NCBI RefSeq assembly: GCF_000143415.4
Contig: NW_003314335.1
Span: 28,202 to 46,043, forward strand
Length of the DNA stretch: 17,842 nucleotides
Origin: Selaginella moellendorffii
Lineage: Eukaryota; Plantae; Lycopodiophyta
Direction of reading: 5' to 3'
Positions 11,021 through 17,842 of this stretch are shown in pieces. The stretch's first letter is position 1, and every line of letters begins with the position of its first letter. The notes below the pieces were generated by a model that saw only the letters and a list, made by a program, of their open reading frames with translations, was not told the DNA's origin and did not search any database. The position numbers and the translations under genes are program-made.

Positions 11021-11662
11021 TGTATATATAAGTGTTTTAGATCTCAACTATAAATAAGAATATCTTTAAAATATTCTCAACCCATGCAAACCAACAATTT
11101 TGTATAATTTAAATCTCCAGCTCGAATTGGCAGCTTTTTGGTTGAGTGAATATATCTTGTGAATGATCCATCCCTTGTCAGCTATTTGTTATGATTGGAC
11201 AAGCTCTTTTTCTGGACAGTGCTAGAGAATCCTGCAGCTTGATCTACAGTGTAACTTTTTACGTGCTTTGCTGAGATGAATGGGATGACAGGCACACGAC
11301 AGCGGTAAAAAAAAACAACCAACAAGCTTGGATGCGATCTGATTGATCTCTTCTGACCTGATTGATCAGATCTCCTCCTTCTGGAAGCACAGCCTTCCAC
11401 ACAAATCACTTGTTTTAAGAAAGAATAGAAATTTTCACGAACCTCGAGGAGAATATTAATGTAACCGACCGACCCATTCAACGAAACTATGTACAGATTG
11501 GAGAGATCGTTTAGGCTTTTGGCAAACAGTAAAGCAGAGGCTTCGATCGATCCAGCTTTGCCGTGAAGAGATTCACCAAATTCCAGCGGTCGATCGATCG
11601 ATCACACCAGCGTGAACGAAACCCTTCCCTGGAATCCCACTTATTTCCCCGCGAGCTACCAG

Positions 11663-12346
11663 TCAGGGGCTAGCGAAGCTCGAGTGCCCAGATCCAAATT
11701 CTCTCCAGAAATGCTGGCCAAAGCCTTGAATGGAAGGCGGTGGAGGCAGCGGCGAAGAACTAGGCGATAGATGTGGCGGCGATGATGGCATGCTTGCGGC
11801 GGCTGGAATTCTCGAAGTGGAGCTCCCCGAATCCCCTCTCAACACAAGCTTGCGCTGAGGAGAGCATCGATTCTTGGCCTTCTTCTTCTTTCCCTTCCAG
11901 GACCTAGAGATCTTGGCGGCGATGGTGGAGGGGACCTTGACGACGAGCAGCGCAACGACGTGAAAGAGCGTGAGAGGGCAGCAGCACAGCGCTGTGCAAT
12001 CCGCGGCGCATCCAGCGACGCATCGGCCCACATTACTGTGCTCGGCATCATCCCCATCGATTTCCCCCAAAATGTCCTTCTTGCTCTTCCTGTTCGTCGC
12101 GTTCTTCCCCCTCCTCCTCTCGCCGCAATCCCTCTCACCTTCGAACGACCAGGAGGAGCTGACGATGGAGCCGCGGCGGCGCAGATCGGCCGTGTCGAGA
12201 TCATCCGCCGAGGACGATCCGTGCGACGATCTGGCGCTGAGGCTGATGCTGCTACCCTCCGATTCTGTGGATTCCTGGATCAGCTTCTCCAGCGACGACG
12301 ACGATGCCGAATCCGAGAAGAGAGTCCTCCGCCTCGCCGCGGCCAT
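11663..12346 (-). CDS. Intronless plant-specific uncharacterised protein (227 aa) with a Cys-rich hydrophobic core
   Basis: Ser-rich N-terminus, core CVAGCAADCTALCCCPLTLFHVVALLVVKVP followed by a basic patch, and C-terminal FWREFGSGHSSF. This resembles the land-plant 'C..VCCCPC..L...KLP' expressed-protein family. The ATG at 12346 is chosen because the longer ORF runs through the tRNA. Confidence 0.8.
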   Translation of the reverse strand: MAAARRRTLFSDSASSSSLEKLIQESTESEGSSISLSARSSHGSSSADDLDTADLRRRGSIVSSSWSFEGERDCGERRRGKNATNRKSKKDILGEIDGDDAEHSNVGRCVAGCAADCTALCCCPLTLFHVVALLVVKVPSTIAAKISRSWKGKKKKAKNRCSPQRKLVLRGDSGSSTSRIPAAASMPSSPPHLSPSSSPLPPPPSIQGFGQHFWREFGSGHSSFASP

Positions 12347-12438
12347 GACGGAGCTTCGATCTCGCCACGCTAAAAACAAAGAAGAGAATATACCGAAAAT
12401 ACGAGTGTCATCTACTAGGAAAATAATAGACGCCCCTC

Positions 12439-12511
12439 TGGAGATGCCGGGTATCGATCCCGGTACCTCTCGCATGCTAAGCGAGCGCTCTACCATCTGA
12501 GCTACATCCCC
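12439..12511 (-). tRNA. tRNA-Ala(AGC)
   Basis: GGGGATGTAGCTCAGATGGTAGAGCGCTCGCTTAGCATGCGAGAGGTACCGGGATCGATACCCGGCATCTCCA, 73 nt, with G3:U70 pair and anticodon AGC. A T4 run lies 15 nt downstream (12423-12420). Confidence 0.98.
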
Positions 12512-12620
12512 TTAACATAAAACCTTGTTAATGCGAAAGATTCTAGAAGATACCGGAAGAAACCTGAAGATTCCGAAAGAAATCTATTTAGGGCTCTGTT
12601 ACTAGGTCTTGCCTGGAGCT

Positions 12621-14076
12621 ATGGCGGATCGAGGGAAGAGCGAGGAGGAAGACGCTGTGCCGGTGAATGCGATGAAGGTATCTGGGCAGCCGGATTGGCC
12701 GGGTCTCCTCAAGTGGAGCTTGTCGCGCAGCGATCCCGGCAACCAGTCGCAAGATCCGAAGAAGGAGCTCAGGTATGGCAGCGATGAAATTTGCTCTTCC
12801 TACTGTTGTCTGGATGTTCTTACTGTTCTGGCTACTGCAGTGAGGAGGATAGGAAATGGTTCATGGAAGCGATGCAAGCCAACAGTGTGGATATTGTGAA
12901 ACGTATGAAGGAGATAAGTCTCGTCTTGCAAACTCCTCGCCAGGTTTTAGAGGAGCAAGGAGTCTCGTCTCAAGACATTGAAGGTTAGTTCTTTGCCTTC
13001 TCGGATTTTCTACGCACGAAAAACTTATCACTTTTTTCTCTTTGATTTTGAAGGTGTGCTCGAGGAGCTTCAGGATCACGTAGAATCTATCGACATGGCA
13101 AACGGTAAGCAGTTTTCCACGACTATTTGATTTTGTACCAACAGTTGAATTGAATAGACCTGAAGGCCGTGGGAGGATTAAATCCTCTGATCGGGCTTCT
13201 GCAAGACGAGTACGCTCCGATTCGTGCAAGAGCTGCCGAGGTTCTGAGCACGGTGGTGCAAAACAATCCAAAGAGCCAGAACGACGTGATGGAGCACAAA
13301 GGGATGGAGGCGTTGCTCAACACCTTCAGCTCCGACCCTGACGTGAATGTGCGTGCCAAAGCACTGGGAGCGATTTCTTGTGAGCTTTTTGTTTGTCTAA
13401 GTTTGAACCGGAGCTTATATTGCGGGATTTATGCAGCTCTAATCCGAAATAACAAACTTGGTACCAACGCGTTTCGTCTGGCAAACGGATTTGGCCAGCT
13501 CAAGGAAGCTCTGTCGTCTGATCATTCCCGGTTGCAAAGGTAAAACTTTTTAATATACATTCTCACGTCACTGATGCGTGTTGTTTCAGGAAAGCATTGC
13601 AAGTCATGCACTACTTGCTTCAAGACAATCCCAAAGACAACGTCACGGCAGCAGAGCTGGGTTTTCCACCCCTCTTGACGAAGCTAGCACGCAGCAACGA
13701 CGCGGATATCAGAGAGGAGGCCTTGCAAGCCATGGTGGACGTGTCTCACAACGACAAAGCGTCGTCACTGTCGTGGGGAAGCGACCACAAGGGCTTGAAG
13801 GATTTCCTCAATGAGCGTATGAGCAGCCTGCAGGACATGAAACCGGAGGATCTGGCCCCGATGAGAGACGAAGGCGTCTTGCTGGACACGCTTTGGAGAG
13901 ATTGCTTTGGCCAGCCGTCCGTCTTGAGGCAGAAAGGACTTCTATCTCTTCCAGGCGATGGCGAGCCGCCGCCAGACGTTGCAGGGGCGATGTTCCAGCC
14001 GAGTTTACGGAACCTCGCCACTCAGCAATCCGAGGAGAAAAAAGAGCCGGAGCCACCTCTACTGCTCAAGCTCTAG
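12621..14076 (+). CDS. FES1: HSP70 nucleotide-exchange factor Fes1/HspBP1 (ARM repeats), 385 aa. Exons 12621-12772, 12841-12983, 13054-13104, 13158-13379, 13437-13539, 13590-14076
   Basis: Motifs PDWPGLLKWSL, LSEEDRKWFMEAMQ, HVESIDMANDL..VGGL, RARAAEVLSTVVQNNPKSQ, KALGAISSLIRNNK and GLLSLPGDGEPPPDVA. Five GT-AG introns (68, 70, 53, 57, 50 nt) splice to an uninterrupted 1158-nt frame. Confidence 0.96.
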
Positions 14077-14561
14077 TCTTTCTCCTCCGTACAGGTATGA
14101 GTTTGAATGACTGGGTTATTGTTTCTGATGAAAGTCTTGATAAACATCAGGTGCTGGGAGATAAAAAAGCAACTTTTCTCCCGAAACGACTTTTGGAGCG
14201 GTCGTCTGCATGGAATGGTTCAGGTCGACTGGAGCCTAGAGTCTCATGATCATAAACTAAGGTACATTCGAGCCAGACGACTTTTCTTGTGCTGTAGTCT
14301 TCCGCTTTTTTTAATGAACAGAGGTCTAGAAGCGGGCCAAGTATTTGTTTGACGGCGAGAAAAACGCGATGTCGTTGACAAACTCAAAAGTGGCATTGCC
14401 AGGAAAAAAATATCCCCGTCAAGTAAGCATCGAAAAAAGTCAAAGCGTAGCCTCGAGAAAGAGTTGAACCTGGCGAGTTCCTTTCACACGTAGTCACACG
14501 CAGCAATATGGTGGAATGTATAATAACTCATGTTAACTAGTTGAGAAACCATGGAAATGGG

Positions 14562-15256
14562 NNNNNNNNNNNNNNNNNNNNNNNNNNNNNNNNNNNNNNN
14601 NNNNNNNNNNNNNNNNNNNNNNNNNNNNNNNNNNNNNNNNNNNNNNNNNNNNNNNNNNNNNNNNNNNNNNNNNNNNNNNNNNNNNNNNNNNNNNNNNNNN
14701 NNNNNNNNNNNNNNNNNNNNNNNNNNNNNNNNNNNNNNNNNNNNNNNNNNNNNNNNNNNNNNNNNNNNNNNNNNNNNNNNNNNNNNNNNNNNNNNNNNNN
14801 NNNNNNNNNNNNNNNNNNNNNNNNNNNNNNNNNNNNNNNNNNNNNNNNNNNNNNNNNNNNNNNNNNNNNNNNNNNNNNNNNNNNNNNNNNNNNNNNNNNN
14901 NNNNNNNNNNNNNNNNNNNNNNNNNNNNNNNNNNNNNNNNNNNNNNNNNNNNNNNNNNNNNNNNNNNNNNNNNNNNNNNNNNNNNNNNNNNNNNNNNNNN
15001 NNNNNNNNNNNNNNNNNNNNNNNNNNNNNNNNNNNNNNNNNNNNNNNNNNNNNNNNNNNNNNNNNNNNNNNNNNNNNNNNNNNNNNNNNNNNNNNNNNNN
15101 NNNNNNNNNNNNNNNNNNNNNNNNNNNNNNNNNNNNNNNNNNNNNNNNNNNNNNNNNNNNNNNNNNNNNNNNNNNNNNNNNNNNNNNNNNNNNNNNNNNN
15201 NNNNNNNNNNNNNNNNNNNNNNNNNNNNNNNNNNNNNNNNNNNNNNNNNNNNNNNN
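14562..15256. other. Assembly gap (695 N)
   Basis: Run of N. Confidence 1.
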
Positions 15257-16064
15257 GAAGAAAGTCATGGATTCATACAAAAGAATGGTCCCGTCCATCC
15301 TGTACCACAAGGAGTCGAGACTTCACTTAACATCTGACATAGAAGAACATTGATAAATGTCTAGCCTTCATTGATACACTCGTTGCTCGGAAGCCTTTCC
15401 AAACACTACTAAATATTGTACTCTTGGTAAGAAAAAACAATAACAAAATTTATATTAAATTAGAAGTAAACAATAGATCAGATTTATTATTAAATTTTAA
15501 ATCTTCTCATATTATGTTCCAAGCTCCATGCGCACTGAGAAAACGAGTTGCAAGGAAGCAAGACAAGCTTATAGAGAAGATAATTTCTAGCAATCTGATG
15601 GATTATCCAGTAATAGATCAGACAAAAGACTCAGGAATAACAGATGTGTCGATGAAGGCTAGGTTGATGTTCCTTGCAATCAGATAGTTGCATTGAAGCA
15701 AGTTCAGCCAGTCGAGCCACCTGGGATGTGATTGATGAGACCCAGCCTTGCCTTTACGTTGTCACCAACACTGAAGGAGCCAACCTGGGAAATGAATATA
15801 CGACATTGAAGACATTTGCAGACGTTGACAAGGACCATTTCTTCATTGTCACCCCCTTCCACAAGTTCTATGAATCCATGACTTCTTCATATTCCAACTT
15901 AAAACGCTTATCTGGATGTCAAGGGATTTCTTGTTGGCAGTCATAATGATGATCACCACTACTTGCAATGACGAAGCACACTCCCTTTCTCAAAAGGTCA
16001 ATTGACACCTCCTCCAATGCTACACATTCCAAGCCTTGTAAACTTCGAAAGTATCAAATCTCCA

Positions 16065-16177
16065 TGTAAGGCATATTGAGGGAATGTTCTAGTATCACTC
16101 AAGGTAGCTTTGTCTCTTCCACTTTTTTTATATAGCCTGTCACTGCCCAGTTTGCTTTGTTTTTTCTTGTCTTTGCA
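16065..16177 (+). repeat. Putative short 5' LTR
   Basis: TG...CA segment with a TATA-like TTTATATAG, ending directly before the PBS. The left edge is a guess because the second LTR is outside the window. Confidence 0.4.
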
Positions 16178-16189
16178 TGGTATTAGAGA
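16178..16189 (+). promoter_or_regulatory. Primer-binding site (tRNA-iMet type), degenerate
   Basis: TGGTATTAGAGA, 10/12 identical to TGGTATCAGAGC, preceded by CA and followed by gag. Confidence 0.7.
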
Positions 16190-17842
16190 TAGATTAGCTC
16201 TCACTTATTGCCCACCTTGTCCTTGGAAGTGTTTGATGGAAAGGATTTCCAGTCATGGAAAGTCTTGAAAAAGGATCTTTGGGGAGTGATCTAGAGCGAT
16301 CTCAAGCCAGGAGACGATGATACAAATCAGAAAAAGGAGTGAGAGGTGAAGAATAGCAAGGTGTTGGGGGTTCTAGGACAAGGTACTGAAGCTATTTGGA
16401 TATCAACAGAATGGCGAAAGAGAATTGAGATGCTGTATGCTTGATCCTTGGCAAGACCAGGAAAGCAAGATTGCTGGACCTCAAACTCCAGCTCAACAGC
16501 TGTAAGTAGAGCGAGGCAGAATCAGTGAGTCATTTTGCCAGTGCACTTGTGGATAGATCGATGCAATCCAGATGAAGGAGTTTGATGATGATGAGATGCT
16601 CACAACCTTTTTCCAGGGATTGAATGGATCGATGCAGCTGGCAATGTCACATCAAGTTCCAGCAACACTTTTATAGAAGTTATAGTATATCTCACTGCGT
16701 TGGAGGGCTTTTTCAAGTCTAGGCAAGCAAGCTCAAAGGAGAAAGAGTTAGCACTCTTTGCTAGGAAGCGGAAACAATCAATTATAGTGTGGAACAGATT
16801 AAGACCAAGAAATGACTAAGGCGAGAACAGTAAGAAGTTCAAGAAGAAGAAAAAGAACAACCTATGCAACATTTGCAAGAAGCCAGGACACTAGGCAAGA
16901 GATTGCACAGACGAGGAAGCCAAGAGAGCAAAGGAGGCAAGAAAAGCCGAGGTATAGAGAGTGGCCGGTAGGAGAAAGTCTGCCAACTTTGCTAACATGG
17001 CAAAGGATGGCAACTTTTTCATGGCCACAAGCATCTGGCCACTAGCTTCCAGGACGAGGCAGAGGTCATATGGCTTGATTTAGGGGCAAACAAACACATG
17101 ATCTCTTAGATCAGTTCTAGGAAAAAAAATGGATTTTTCTAGGGGATGATTACTCACACGGAGTTAGCACGGTCGACATCACAATCTACCCTGATGGAAG
17201 CTTGAGTGTACACAATGTTTACTATGTTCTTAGGGTAAATAAGACACTATTTTCAGTGGGAAAATAGTAGATTACATCACTTTCAAGAAGTAGATATGCA
17301 TGATTGCAGGCTCAATAGGCACTGCAATTGTGTGTGGGAGGGGTTGTATCATCTGAATGCTAAAGTGATGTAGCTAGAGTGAGCTTTCTTTGTAGGACCA
17401 AGGAAAGCAGTGGATTTCCAGATAAGGCTTGGCCACAGGAACTCCATGCAAAGAGATGGTGAAGGGGTTGAGTATCACTTCATCAAGTGAAATGAAGTTT
17501 TGTGAGTTGTATGTACTAGGTAAGGTAGACTGCCACTACTCATGCTAAGGAGATTTTAGCAAGTTGTATTTTGTCACCTTCATTGACGACTTCTCACACA
17601 TCATCAAGTCTTTCAGAAGTTCCAATACTTCAAGACCCAAAAACTGGGAAGAAATTCAAGGTGAGTCCACTTCACTAGAATTTGCTAAGAATCCAAAGGT
17701 AGTTCTCCATCTTATATATATACACAGTAGCAGAATAGTGTATCAAAGAGGATGAATTGCACACTCCATGATGCAACAAGAGCTCTCTTACGAGACTCAA
17801 GTTTGCCCCAAATGTTTGCCATTGCCACCTTATGTATCTGCT

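Larger units (their letters stand above)
16065..17842 (+). mobile_element. Degenerate Ty1/Copia LTR retrotransposon, cut by the window end
   Basis: gag LEVFDGKDFQSWK...KDLWGVI (about 16223-16290), zinc knuckle CNICKKPGH*ARDC (16865-16906), protease WLDLGANKHM (about 17071-17100), HNVYYV..VNKTLFSVG, RLGHRN, integrase YFVTFIDDFS (from 17567) and YTQ*QNSVSKRMNCTL. Many stops and deletions. Confidence 0.92.

Noticed and set aside
6922-11057. Alternative-frame ORFs within RepHel (6922, 8982, 9934, 10278, 10417, 10788)
   Set aside because: Shadow frames. All conserved motifs lie in the RepHel frame.
11589-11603. (GATC)n self-complementary run
   Set aside because: Ordinary short microsatellite near a 3' UTR.
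12347-12496. N-terminal extension of ORF 11663-12496 (MVERSLSMREVPGSIPGIS...)
   Set aside because: It is a translation of the tRNA-Ala gene and its flank. The ATG at 12346 is the plausible start.
11839-12500. Overlapping ORFs 11839-12204, 11960-12373 and 11970-12500
   Set aside because: Shadow frames of a GC-rich coding sequence.
14065-14076. FES1 C-terminal LKL as a peroxisomal targeting signal
   Set aside because: It does not match the canonical [SA][KR][LM] tripeptide and is preceded by acidic/proline residues. Too weak without a predictor or localisation data.
14537-15353. Long ORFs made of X residues
   Set aside because: Artefacts of the N gap.

Overview
Plant nuclear DNA. The 50-70 nt introns, GC-rich genes and very short intergenic distances suggest a compact genome such as Selaginella (inference). 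From left to right the window holds: (i) decayed LTR-retrotransposon relics (about 400-4040); (ii) a probable small non-autonomous Helitron on the minus strand (about 4104-5363), lying 5'-to-5' and 17 bp from the next element; (iii) a 5.6 kb Helitron (5381-11020) with both termini recognisable, an intronless RepHel gene broken by one frameshift and three stops, and antisense captured BAHD acyltransferase pieces (a C-terminus followed by an N-terminus); (iv) a host cluster of an intronless Cys-rich plant protein gene (-), tRNA-Ala(AGC) (-) and a six-exon HSP70 nucleotide-exchange factor FES1/HspBP1 gene (+); (v) a 695-N assembly gap; (vi) a degenerate Ty1/Copia element running off the right edge. 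The most interesting structure is the back-to-back Helitron pair with its cargo.
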